Part shown: in pieces, positions 8,518 through 17,686 of the stretch
How positions within the stretch are numbered: position 1 is the stretch's first letter
Layout: every line of letters begins with the position of its first letter
From: Acidimicrobiia bacterium
GTDB lineage: Bacteria > Actinomycetota > Acidimicrobiia > Spongiisociales > Spongiisociaceae
Assembly: GCA_041576165.1 (NCBI GenBank)
Contig: JBFGLM010000001.1
Span: 128,001-192,000, forward strand
Direction of reading: 5' to 3'
DNA: 64,000 nucleotides
Notes under the pieces: model-generated
What the model saw: only the letters and a program-made list of their open reading frames with translations
What the model was told of the DNA's origin: nothing
The model's database searches: none
Position numbers and translations under genes: made by a program

Positions 8518-10106
8518 TGACGTTCCTGTTCCCTTCCAATCTCATCTGCCAACGATCGCCGGTCAATCTTGCCCGTCGATGTTTTCGGTAAGACCTCCGA
8601 CACTCTGAAGAAGTCGGGGATCATGTAGGGAGGCAGCCGTTCCCGGCAATGGGACCGAAGCGCCCGCTCGTCGGCTGGACCGTCGAGCGCCAGCCACGCC
8701 AGGATCTTGTTGGTGACCAGCGGGTCGGTGATGGGCAGCACCGCACACTCCCTGACCCGAGGATGGGCGTACAGCGCCGTCTCGATCTCGCCGAGCTCGA
8801 TGCGGTATCCCCGGCTCTTGATCTGGTTGTCACAGCGCCCCAGAAAGCGATAGTCGCCGTTCTCATTCACGCACACCAGGTCACCGGTGCGATACACGGC
8901 GTCCGAGGATTCCGGCCGGAGCGGGTCTGGGACGAGCCGATCGCGTGTCGTTTCCTCATCACCCCAGTATCCATCCATGACGGTAGATCCTCGCACGCAC
9001 AACTCGCCGACCTCGCCCGGGTTGGCCTCGGTGCCGGCCCCAGTCAGCACGAATGTGTCGACGTCGCTGATCGGCTTGCCGATCGGGATGTCTGTGTGCG
9101 GAGGCGGCGGGGCCGGGACTTCGTAGTAGGTGCACACATTGGTCTCGGTTGGACCGTACTGATTGATGAAGCGAGCGTGCGATGCCTTCCGCATCAGCTC
9201 GCCCAAGTACTTGGAGGGAAACACCTCGCCGGCGAAGCTGATGATCCGCAAGGAGGGCAAGGACCCCGGCCCAAGATCTCCCCGGCGGACCAGCATCGAG
9301 AGGACCGAGGGCACTGAGTACCAGATCGTGATCATGTGGTCCTCGATGAACCGTTTGATCTGAATCGGAAACATCGACGTTTTGTGCGGGACCAGGACCA
9401 CCGCCGCACCGACCAAAGCCGCGCCGAAGATGTCGGCCACGGACATGTCGAAATGGAGTGGCGGCTGGTTGGAGAAGCGGTCGTGCTCGGTCGCTTCGAA
9501 GTAGTCCACGAGCCAGCGGACATACGTCAACCCATTGATATGCGAGAGCTTCACACCCTTGGGAGCGCCAGTCGAACCCGAGGTGTAGAGGATGTAGGCG
9601 AGATCCTGGCCGATACCCCTATACCCAGTGAATTCAGTCGGCTGGGCCTTGATCGCATCGCGTCCGATGACCTTGACTCCGCCAGGAGCATCGAGATCCA
9701 TCGCTTCGGCGTTGGCCACCACCAGATGGGTCAAGCGGGTATCCGCGGCAACAATCTCAGTCCACCGCTCGGCCATCTCGGCCCCGGTGATGACCACCTC
9801 GATCCCGCAGTCCCCCAGAATGTAGGTGGCTCGGGCCGCGGCCGGCGCATACGGGTCAATGGGTACGTAGGCGGCGCCGGTTTTCAGAATGCCGTACAGC
9901 CCGGTAATGGCTTCCAGTGATTTCGCGAGGTACAGACCCACGCGGTCGCCGGGCCGCACACCGAGTTCCACGAGGAGGTTGGCCACTCTGTTGGCGCTGG
10001 CGTCGAGCTCGGCATAGGTGAGCCGGCGGTTCTGATCGATCACGGCCACTCTGTCGGGGAATCGCCTGGCCGACCCCTCGAGCGCGTGGTGCAAGCGGTA
10101 CGTCAT
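8514..10106 (-). CDS. Stand-alone amino acid adenylation enzyme (prolyl-carrier ligase/DltA-like family)
   Basis: LAYILYTSGSTGAPKG, FDMS, YGPTETNVC, YRTGD, GYRIELGEIE, LPPYMIP, PKTSTGKIDR; no C or T domain. Confidence 0.92.
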   Translation of the reverse strand: MTYRLHHALEGSARRFPDRVAVIDQNRRLTYAELDASANRVANLLVELGVRPGDRVGLYLAKSLEAITGLYGILKTGAAYVPIDPYAPAAARATYILGDCGIEVVITGAEMAERWTEIVAADTRLTHLVVANAEAMDLDAPGGVKVIGRDAIKAQPTEFTGYRGIGQDLAYILYTSGSTGAPKGVKLSHINGLTYVRWLVDYFEATEHDRFSNQPPLHFDMSVADIFGAALVGAAVVLVPHKTSMFPIQIKRFIEDHMITIWYSVPSVLSMLVRRGDLGPGSLPSLRIISFAGEVFPSKYLGELMRKASHARFINQYGPTETNVCTYYEVPAPPPPHTDIPIGKPISDVDTFVLTGAGTEANPGEVGELCVRGSTVMDGYWGDEETTRDRLVPDPLRPESSDAVYRTGDLVCVNENGDYRFLGRCDNQIKSRGYRIELGEIETALYAHPRVRECAVLPITDPLVTNKILAWLALDGPADERALRSHCRERLPPYMIPDFFRVSEVLPKTSTGKIDRRSLADEIGREQERQ

Positions 10107-11056
10107 TTACCCCTACCCCTGGTATTGCGACGGTCCTCTGCCCTGGTCAGCACCCAACGGACCATCTCATCAACCATTTCATTCTGCACTGTTACGCGCG
10201 CCATGTTGTGAACTTCTCCATCGCGCAGGGAAACTTCGATCGCGGCTCCCCACGTCATGAGGCCGCCCAGGCGCCCCTCCCGGGCCTTCGAGAAGTCGAC
10301 GTAGTCGGCATCTTTGGATCCGTACGAAAACACGACCGGGACCCGGCGGCGGCCGAGCGTCTGGAGCTGGCTGATGAGCCGGGCGCTCACCCACGGAGTG
10401 GGATCCTCGTATGCCCCGGGTAGATACCGGCGCAATCGGCGCCAGCGGGCGGTGAGGAAGGTACGGGTGAGCCGGAGGTAGCGGCGGCGCCCCTCGGGCC
10501 GGCGAAGGTCGCTGAGCCGGATGGCCTTGACGGCGTGCGCGAAGTAGCCGGCCAGCGTTGCATCGTATGCCATGCGGCTGCCGGTGCCCTCCCCCCGGGC
10601 TCCGTCCCGGACCGGGCATCCGATTGCGTAGACGCCGGCCACCGCCGGGTTGGTGGCCGCGACCTCGAAACTAGCGCGTGCGCCGTAGCAATGCCCGATC
10701 AGCAAAACGTCGCCGGCTTCCGCCGCCATGGCGGCGACTGCGGTGCGGGCGTCGCCGACACTCGGCTCATCGAGCGCGAAGGTCTGCGCCACGCCACTAC
10801 TGTCGCCAGTCCCCGTGTAGTCAAACCTGAGCACCGGGAAACCTTCCGCTGCGAGAGCCCGCGCCATTCGGAAGCCCCACCGATTCGATTGCGAGTGAAC
10901 CACGTGGCCGCCGGCCGACAGAATCACTACCCCCAATCCGCCCCGGGCGCCTTCGGGCAGCGACCACATCGCGGCCAGGCTGGCGGCTCCGCTGTCCAGA
11001 AAGGCAGGGGCGTCTGTGACGTGCTGGGGAGCGTCGCTGATGGTCACTGCGCCCAC
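10103..11056 (-). CDS. Alpha/beta-hydrolase-fold protein, Cys-nucleophile class (copy C1)
   Basis: RFDYTGTGDSSG; nucleophile elbow GHCYG; YGSKD; GEVHN. Confidence 0.8.
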   Translation of the reverse strand: MGAVTISDAPQHVTDAPAFLDSGAASLAAMWSLPEGARGGLGVVILSAGGHVVHSQSNRWGFRMARALAAEGFPVLRFDYTGTGDSSGVAQTFALDEPSVGDARTAVAAMAAEAGDVLLIGHCYGARASFEVAATNPAVAGVYAIGCPVRDGARGEGTGSRMAYDATLAGYFAHAVKAIRLSDLRRPEGRRRYLRLTRTFLTARWRRLRRYLPGAYEDPTPWVSARLISQLQTLGRRRVPVVFSYGSKDADYVDFSKAREGRLGGLMTWGAAIEVSLRDGEVHNMARVTVQNEMVDEMVRWVLTRAEDRRNTRGRGK

Positions 11057-11925
11057 CCCAGCCTTCGCAGCCAGTCCCGGGCCGCAGCCAATACCTCCGA
11101 CGTCAGCATCCGCTGCTCCTCAGCCACGAAATAGTCCGCGCGGTGATTGGCCACCCACCAGGACTCGCTCTCCGACGCCAGGCTCCGTAGGGTCCGGACC
11201 CCGGCTGCCTGTAATCCGTCCAACACCTCATCCAGCGCCTTTTGGCGGCGCCCGAACTCCACGACGAGCGCATCCCCGCCGTCCGGTCCCAGCTCACCCG
11301 ACAGCGTACGTTCTGCCATCGACGCATAGAAGCCGGGATGTAGCGAGTGTCCCAGCACGTCGACGCCGACTCCGTCCACCAGCTGGTCCCGGAGCCTCTT
11401 AGCGGTCAGATCCGTCTCTCCGTCGTGCACGGCCTGGGCCATGCGGGTGCGGAACAGCTCGTTGAAGTAGCGGCTGCCAGAGATAGCCGGTTCCCACAGG
11501 CTCACCGGCGCCTTCTCCCCAGAAGCTGCGGCTGCGGCAGTGAACGCCGCCAGCCGTGTGCCATGAAATCCGAGTGAGCCTGCGCCCGACCGATGCACGA
11601 TGGCCTCTGCGACGCGGCGAACGTCCTCCAGCAGCCGTTCGAGCGTCAGGAGCGCCGGATCGCCGGTGCTGTTGCCGATCCCACGATGGTGGAAACGGGC
11701 TGCCGCAACTCCGTGCCGCGCCAGGTCACGGGCCAGCAAGACCTCACGCCGGTAGTTGCGGGCAAACTCGGCAAAGAACGGACTGCAGATCACCATGGCA
11801 CCGTCACCCATCCCCGCAGCGGGAAGATGATGAACCACATAGACCTGGTCGGCACCGATCGTCACGAACTCCGCGACCTCTCGGCATCCGGTCGCCCGGT
11901 CGACCCACGTGGCGCTGGTGTTCAT
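11044..11925 (-). CDS. Alpha/beta-hydrolase-fold protein, Arg-elbow class (copy R1)
   Basis: Likely start MNTSATW at 11925; NYRREVLLARDLA, RGIGNSTGD, elbow GTRLA, LWEP. Confidence 0.8.
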   Translation of the reverse strand: MNTSATWVDRATGCREVAEFVTIGADQVYVVHHLPAAGMGDGAMVICSPFFAEFARNYRREVLLARDLARHGVAAARFHHRGIGNSTGDPALLTLERLLEDVRRVAEAIVHRSGAGSLGFHGTRLAAFTAAAAASGEKAPVSLWEPAISGSRYFNELFRTRMAQAVHDGETDLTAKRLRDQLVDGVGVDVLGHSLHPGFYASMAERTLSGELGPDGGDALVVEFGRRQKALDEVLDGLQAAGVRTLRSLASESESWWVANHRADYFVAEEQRMLTSEVLAAARDWLRRLGWAQ

Positions 11926-11941
11926 CGCTGGCACCACCCCT

Positions 11942-13108
11942 TCAGTCGACCGGGACGCCGGCCAGTTTGGCGATGATGTTGCGCATACTCTCCGAGGTCC
12001 CAACGTAGATGGTGGACGGGATTGCATCGCGCAGATCTTGCTGAATGTCGAAGTCGTGGAGGACGCCGCGCACTCCAAACGTCTGCATGGCGTCCAGCAT
12101 GAACGGCAGATAGTTCTCGCTCACGAACAGCTTGGCCACAGCCGCATCCTGCATCCAGGGCTGGATCGACTCCCCGTACCCGAGCCGGGCAGCCATGTCG
12201 TAGATGACCATCCGGCTCAGGTTGTAGCGCACGATCATGTCGGCCACCTTCGACGACACCTGCTGATGGGCGCCGATGGGTTTGCCGTAGGCCTCGCGGG
12301 TCTTACACCACTCGATGACTTCGTCGAGCACGCGGCCCATTGGGCCGAGCGCCGAGGTCAACAGCACTGCTCGTTCCCACCCGGTCGATTCGGTCAGGGC
12401 CCGCAATCCCCCGCCGACCCGACCCAGCACGTGGGAGGCGGGGACCGCCACCTCGTCGAACACCAACTCTCCCATGTGCACGGTGCGGAGCGCAATCTTC
12501 TCGAAGGTCCGGCCGAGCGCAGCCCCCGGCCAACGCATGTCGACCAAGAAACAAGTCAACGCAAAGGGGCCGCGCCCCTCCCCGGTCTTCGCCCACACCA
12601 TGGCCACGTCGGCGTTTGGCCCGTTGGTGATGAAAGTCTTGGTGCCGGAGAGAACCCAGCCATCCCCATCGGGCCGGGCAGCCGTGGACATGCCCATCGC
12701 GTCCGAACCGCCTGTTTCTTCGGTGAATCCATGGACGAGGGTGAGCTCACCCGCAATGGTTGGCGGCAGGTAGGCCGCCCGCAGCTCAGCCGAACCCAGC
12801 AGCGCGATTGTCATCTGAATGCCGAACACCTGCGAGATGGCCGCATACACCAGCCCGGTATCGCGACAACCTTGTCCCAAGCCCTCGAATGCGGCGACCG
12901 CATGGGACACGGGCGCGCCCCGGCCGCCATATTCCGCGGGCAGGCACATACCCAGCAGTCCTCGATCTGCTACCGCCTTCCAGGCGAGGGGGTCGTACGC
13001 ATCGCCGCGGCGATCTCGCTCGAGACCCCCCGCGGGCAGCGTGTCATGCGCCCACGTTTTGATCTCGTCCCGGATCTGGTCCAGCTCGGGGTCCTGCCAT
13101 GGCTGCAT
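11942..13108 (-). CDS. Acyl-CoA dehydrogenase family, L-prolyl-carrier-protein dehydrogenase-like
   Basis: TEETGGSD, GTKTFITNGP, GWER (IVD/LCAD-position Glu), DAIPSTIYVGTSE lacking the MCAD Glu, as in PltE/RedW/AnaB-type enzymes; same operon as the A domain and carrier. Confidence 0.8.
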   Translation of the reverse strand: MQPWQDPELDQIRDEIKTWAHDTLPAGGLERDRRGDAYDPLAWKAVADRGLLGMCLPAEYGGRGAPVSHAVAAFEGLGQGCRDTGLVYAAISQVFGIQMTIALLGSAELRAAYLPPTIAGELTLVHGFTEETGGSDAMGMSTAARPDGDGWVLSGTKTFITNGPNADVAMVWAKTGEGRGPFALTCFLVDMRWPGAALGRTFEKIALRTVHMGELVFDEVAVPASHVLGRVGGGLRALTESTGWERAVLLTSALGPMGRVLDEVIEWCKTREAYGKPIGAHQQVSSKVADMIVRYNLSRMVIYDMAARLGYGESIQPWMQDAAVAKLFVSENYLPFMLDAMQTFGVRGVLHDFDIQQDLRDAIPSTIYVGTSESMRNIIAKLAGVPVD

Positions 13109-13111
13109 CGC

Positions 13112-14335
13112 CTACCAGTACGTCTGATCGGCCTTCGATGCGTCGATACCCAAAGCCATCTTGCCCAGATAGGACAGACAGTCGTCGCTCTTGGCGGGCA
13201 TCAGCCCGCCGCAGCGAGCGTCGCGGTACAGCCGCTCGAGGGGCATGTGTTTGGAGATGGTGCTGCCTCCGCAGATCCGGATGGCCTGGGAGCCGAGCAC
13301 CGGTCCGAGCTCTCCAACCATGTACTTGGCGCGGTGGATGGCGCGGTTCGCGGCTTCGGACCCGGGGGCCTCACTCACCAGCCGCGCCGCCTCATACGTC
13401 ACCGACCGGGCCGCGCTGAGCTGAACGTCGAGCTCACCAACCATGTGCTGGGTCACGGAGTCATCGGCCATGGTCTGCTCCGTACCGGCCACAGCCTTCT
13501 TCTGCAGGTAATCGGTCATGAACTCGAAGATGGCGCTGCAAATACCGAGATATACGCCGTTGTAGCCTCCCACCTGCCAGTGCGGCTCCCGGGTGAGCTT
13601 GTAGAAGGCCATCCCTTCCGAGCGCATGAACAGGTGCTCCTTCGGCACGACGACGTCTTCCAAATACACCGTATTCGACGCGGTGGCACGCATACCGAGA
13701 ACGTCCCATACATCCTCGATCCGGGTGCCCGGATTGTCGCGGTCGACGACGAAATACGACAAGGTCGGCACATCGCCCGCCGTCTGGGCCGCGGCGCGGG
13801 CGGCCACGACGTAGTAATCCGCGTAGCCGGCCATAGACACGAACGATTTGACACCGTTGAGCAGGTAACCGTCGTTCGTGCGCTCGTAGGTGGTCTTGAT
13901 CTTGGAGTATTGGGCGCCGACGCCCGGTTCGGTGGTGGCCGAAGCGAACACCTTGCGCTGGTTCACGGCTTGATCGAACAGCCACGCTGCGAATTCTCGC
14001 ATTGCGTCACCCCGCCGGCCGGGCACTTCAGACAGGTCCATCTCTGCCACCCCGCCGGTCACGATGTTGTGCATGTTGAAGGTGAGGCCAGTCGCTGCGT
14101 GGCCGATCGAGATCTGCTCCAGAGCTTTCGTGTACGTGAGGAAGTCGGCTCCCGAACCCCCATATTCCTCGGGCACCATGATCCCGAGGAATCCGGCTTC
14201 CTTCAGGTCCTCGAAGTCGTCGGCGGGGAATTCGCCCGTCCGATCGTATGCACCGGCTCGGGTTGCGAAGACCTGACCCAACTGCCGGGCCTGCTCGATC
14301 AGATGGCCGCTGTCCATGCCGCTCATGAGGCTCAA
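13112..14335 (-). CDS. Acyl-CoA dehydrogenase-fold flavoprotein (atypical; DszC/YdbM-like)
   Basis: FNMHN, ATTEPG, LNGVKSFVS, WDVLGMRATASN, PLERLYRDARCG; start could also be the ATG at 14326. Confidence 0.85.
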   Translation of the reverse strand: MSLMSGMDSGHLIEQARQLGQVFATRAGAYDRTGEFPADDFEDLKEAGFLGIMVPEEYGGSGADFLTYTKALEQISIGHAATGLTFNMHNIVTGGVAEMDLSEVPGRRGDAMREFAAWLFDQAVNQRKVFASATTEPGVGAQYSKIKTTYERTNDGYLLNGVKSFVSMAGYADYYVVAARAAAQTAGDVPTLSYFVVDRDNPGTRIEDVWDVLGMRATASNTVYLEDVVVPKEHLFMRSEGMAFYKLTREPHWQVGGYNGVYLGICSAIFEFMTDYLQKKAVAGTEQTMADDSVTQHMVGELDVQLSAARSVTYEAARLVSEAPGSEAANRAIHRAKYMVGELGPVLGSQAIRICGGSTISKHMPLERLYRDARCGGLMPAKSDDCLSYLGKMALGIDASKADQTYW

Positions 14336-15270
14336 CTTCTGTCGCCGGGCACGGTGCGTTTCATCCAGTCCGACACCAGGTCCAGGAACGCCTCCTGGAC
14401 GGGGACCGACGGGAATCCGTGCACGAGGCCCTCGATGTCGTCCACTATCTCCACCCGACCCTCAGACCGCTCGAGGATGTGGCCCAATCGTCCCTCCCGG
14501 GCTCGGCGGAACTCACCGGTCAGCGGATCCTTTGTCCCGAAGACGAACAAGACCGGAATGTCACGGCTGACCATCTCGTCCAGCGGCTCGAGCAGCATCG
14601 GGCTCACCCAGTCGAGCCCGTCACCCGATTTGAGCGCCAGCCGATGCCGGACCTGTCCGGCGACCTGCTTCAGCTTGGCCTTGCCGAGCTTGATGTAGAG
14701 CTTCCGTCGGCCCGGTTCCGTCAGCGCCGCTTTGATCTTGTTGACGCTGGCAGCTCGCTTGGCGTAATGCGCAATAGACCGGTCTCGGGCCATCCACTCC
14801 GAAACCGCATCCGGATGGTCGTACCCGGCGGAAGGGGGTGTGGCCAGAATCAGCGCCGCAGTCTCTGGTATGTCCGGTGCCGAGGACAGCGCTGTGCGCG
14901 AACCGAAGCACGCACCGATCAGCACGAGCGAGTCGATCCCCAGGCTGCGCAAATAGGCCGCGGCCCCCTGCGTGTCGTCAGTGAACGGGTTGTGCAAGTG
15001 CAGACTGCGAATGACCCCGGTGCTCTCGCCGAGGCCGTGGTAGTCGAAGCGGATGACGTCGTAGCCGTCCCGAGCCAGGCGCCGCGCCAGCCGGACCGCT
15101 AACCGGTTGCGGTGCATCGAGATGTTCACGGTGTCGCCGCCCTGGATCAGGACCACCCCTACACCGTTCGGACGCTCCGGATGTGTGTGGATTCCGAAGA
15201 GCGTGTCGTCCCCCGCTGGGAAGTACACGGGTTGTTCGTGAGCGGCGATCGCTACGTCCTGCATCGTCAT
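14332..15270 (-). CDS. Alpha/beta-hydrolase-fold protein, Cys-nucleophile class (copy C2, no adjacent Arg partner)
   Basis: Start MTMQDV after a GGGGGTG SD-like sequence; RFDYHGLGESTG, GACFG, FGTKD, GLVHGF. Confidence 0.82.
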   Translation of the reverse strand: MTMQDVAIAAHEQPVYFPAGDDTLFGIHTHPERPNGVGVVLIQGGDTVNISMHRNRLAVRLARRLARDGYDVIRFDYHGLGESTGVIRSLHLHNPFTDDTQGAAAYLRSLGIDSLVLIGACFGSRTALSSAPDIPETAALILATPPSAGYDHPDAVSEWMARDRSIAHYAKRAASVNKIKAALTEPGRRKLYIKLGKAKLKQVAGQVRHRLALKSGDGLDWVSPMLLEPLDEMVSRDIPVLFVFGTKDPLTGEFRRAREGRLGHILERSEGRVEIVDDIEGLVHGFPSVPVQEAFLDLVSDWMKRTVPGDRS

Positions 15271-15393
15271 TGCTGACACCCCCTGGCGGATCCACGCAAG
15301 GCTAGGCAACGTTTGGGGGGCGCCCCGCCAGCACCCATCCATGACAGGCCAATGTATCGACTCTTGCGCGGCAATAAAACCCACCGGCCTGGT

Positions 15394-16617
15394 TCACAGG
15401 CCGGCGTAGTACTGCCCGACCTCAGTCCCGACAACGCTGTGGTAGCCCGGCTCGAGGTGGCCAATGTTGTCGCGATATCCGCTGCAATCCGGTAGCTCCG
15501 GTGAGAAGCCGGCATTCACCCCGGGTTCGATCGCCGCCACCTGGGCAATCGCCTGGTCGATGTAGGGATGCTGGACCGAAGCCCTCACCTGCTGGCCGTT
15601 CCAGTTGCACACGGACTCGTTGGGTCCGCCGACAACCGGCTGCAGCAGGATCTCACGAGTCGTCGGGTGCTGAAGCCAAATCTGGGTCACCGCTGCGCGG
15701 ATGTTGGCGGTCCACGCGGCCACGTCGCTGCCCGAGATACCGCTGATCGTGAGCACGGCCCGATCGACGATGGGCACCTCGCAGCCCGAAAACGGATCCA
15801 ACGCCCACCCTTCCCAGTCCGAGCCGGCGATCAGGTCCACGCCGGCTCCGCTGTCCCAGCGGAGCTGCCACGAAGCGTCGTCCACACCCGATTCGAAAGC
15901 ACCTCCGTTCGGCTCATACCATTCGCTGGTCTGGGAGAACCCGATGACTTCCGTGCATACGAAGCCCACCCGAGGCGGAGGAACCATGGGAGTCAGGGCG
16001 AGCGCCCGCCCGAGGAAGGTCGCCATTTGATCCCGCCGGACGGACTGTCGAGGACAGTACCGGCTGGTATCGCTCACCGAACAACCCTGGGTCACTCCTG
16101 CCACCGCTACGCCGTCGATATTGCGCTCGTGGACCGAGCCGTCGTCGTCATCGAACACGTCCGCCGAAGAGGCAGTGAGGTTCGGGAACGCACGTACCAG
16201 AAACGTCGCCATCTGGGCCCGGCTCACGGGCTCGTCCGGGCAGTACCGGCGCGGGGCGAATGGATCGCATCCCGATGTCACGCCGATGGCTGCCATGACG
16301 TTGATCCATGCCTCATGCACCGAGCCTTCATCGTCATCGAACGCATCCAGGTGGCCGCCCGGGGGGAGCGAAAGAGCCCGGCCGATGAACGTCGCCATCT
16401 GCCCTCGGGTCACGGCCCGGCTCGGGCAGTAGAACGTGCCGGCCTCATTACACCCAGCGGTGATCGAGGCCGCGGCCACCGCCTCGATGTAGCCCTCGTG
16501 GGTGTTGCCGTCGTCGTCGTAGAACGTGCCGCCCGGTGGCGGCTCGCCGGCCCAGACCAGTCCGTATGGCCAAAAAGACGTCACCGCGAGCACGACCCCG
16601 ACCAGTGCTGTACGCAT
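15394..16617 (-). CDS. Secreted 3xSLH protein with C-terminal SGNH-like domain
   Basis: Signal peptide MRTALVGVVLAV; SLH repeats (YCP...TRGQMATF); C-domain VIGFSQT ... DNIGHL. Confidence 0.75.
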   Translation of the reverse strand: MRTALVGVVLAVTSFWPYGLVWAGEPPPGGTFYDDDGNTHEGYIEAVAAASITAGCNEAGTFYCPSRAVTRGQMATFIGRALSLPPGGHLDAFDDDEGSVHEAWINVMAAIGVTSGCDPFAPRRYCPDEPVSRAQMATFLVRAFPNLTASSADVFDDDDGSVHERNIDGVAVAGVTQGCSVSDTSRYCPRQSVRRDQMATFLGRALALTPMVPPPRVGFVCTEVIGFSQTSEWYEPNGGAFESGVDDASWQLRWDSGAGVDLIAGSDWEGWALDPFSGCEVPIVDRAVLTISGISGSDVAAWTANIRAAVTQIWLQHPTTREILLQPVVGGPNESVCNWNGQQVRASVQHPYIDQAIAQVAAIEPGVNAGFSPELPDCSGYRDNIGHLEPGYHSVVGTEVGQYYAGL

Positions 16618-16786
16618 GACCCCTATCTCCCGCAGCAAGACGGCTTGCGGAACCCAAACCCTGCTTCCAGCATACCGGGAGGCCGATCCCGACAACGACA
16701 CGGAGTAGCAGCGGCGGTGCCGGTACACTTCACCACCGGAATGACCACGAGCCGACACTCGTGATTCGCGGTCACATCATTCTCGT

Positions 16787-17686
16787 ATGGGGGCGAACAT
16801 GACAGCCAGGGGGGACATACCTCGCTCCGTCCAGATGAAATCGGAGGACGGCTCGATCAGTGAGCCTGCATTCTTCGAAGCACCGACAGGCTCGTTGTTC
16901 GGCGTGACGCACATCCCGAGCAACCCCACCGGCTTGGGCGTCGTGATCTCGTCACCGCTCAACAACGATTTCTTGAAGAACAACCGGCGAGAGGTCTTGC
17001 TGTCGCGCCGCCTGGCCGAGCGAGGAATCGCAGTGCAGCGTTACCACTACGCGGGCACCGGCAACTCCGACGGAGATGCCGCTGCGTTGACCGTACAATC
17101 GATGATCGAGGACTGTGAACAGGCCACGGACCATCTGATGGAACGGACCGGCGTCGAACGCCTTGTGTTTGTAGGCTCACGTATGGGCGGCTTCCCGGCC
17201 GCAACGGCGGCCGCCGGCCGCCACGCACCGCTCGCCATGTGGGAGCCGATCACCGAAGGCCGAAAATACTTCCGGGAGCTGTTCCGCACCGTCATGATCG
17301 TCGGTATGCAGGCCTCAGACGGTGACGGCGCTTCCATGACCGACATCAAAGAGGCATTCGAGCGCGATCGCACCGTCGACGTCGCCGGATTCTCCGTGGG
17401 ATGGGCCATGTATGAGGACGCGCAGCAGCGCCGCCTCGAAGAACAATGCGGGGAGGGAAATGCCCCCGTCTTCCTCGCCCAGTATCGGGAGAAACCCGAG
17501 CTGAAACCAGAGTACGCGAAGCTGGTGGCGGCATGGGAACAGGCCGGGCGAAAGGTCACGGTCCACCACGTCGCATTCGAGGAAGCGTGGCACTTGTTCG
17601 TGTTCGGCTTCAAGGCCGAAGAGGAGCAACAACACAGCCTGAACCTGCTCGATGCGACGGTGGATTGGATCGTGGGTCAGGTATGA
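16787..17686 (+). CDS. Alpha/beta-hydrolase-fold protein, Arg-elbow class (copy R2)
   Basis: NNRREVLLSRRLA, YAGTGNSDGD, elbow GSRMG, MWEP. Confidence 0.8.
   Translation: MGANMTARGDIPRSVQMKSEDGSISEPAFFEAPTGSLFGVTHIPSNPTGLGVVISSPLNNDFLKNNRREVLLSRRLAERGIAVQRYHYAGTGNSDGDAAALTVQSMIEDCEQATDHLMERTGVERLVFVGSRMGGFPAATAAAGRHAPLAMWEPITEGRKYFRELFRTVMIVGMQASDGDGASMTDIKEAFERDRTVDVAGFSVGWAMYEDAQQRRLEEQCGEGNAPVFLAQYREKPELKPEYAKLVAAWEQAGRKVTVHHVAFEEAWHLFVFGFKAEEEQQHSLNLLDATVDWIVGQV

Noticed and set aside
8275-10106. dltA/dltC assignment
   Set aside because: No dltB MBOAT is present, and the neighbouring prolyl-type dehydrogenase and the WYSVP/TNVC motifs point to the prolyl-ligase-like clade
11909-14698. 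929-aa plus-strand ORF
   Set aside because: Antisense shadow of the two acyl-CoA dehydrogenase genes; no motifs; expected in high-GC DNA
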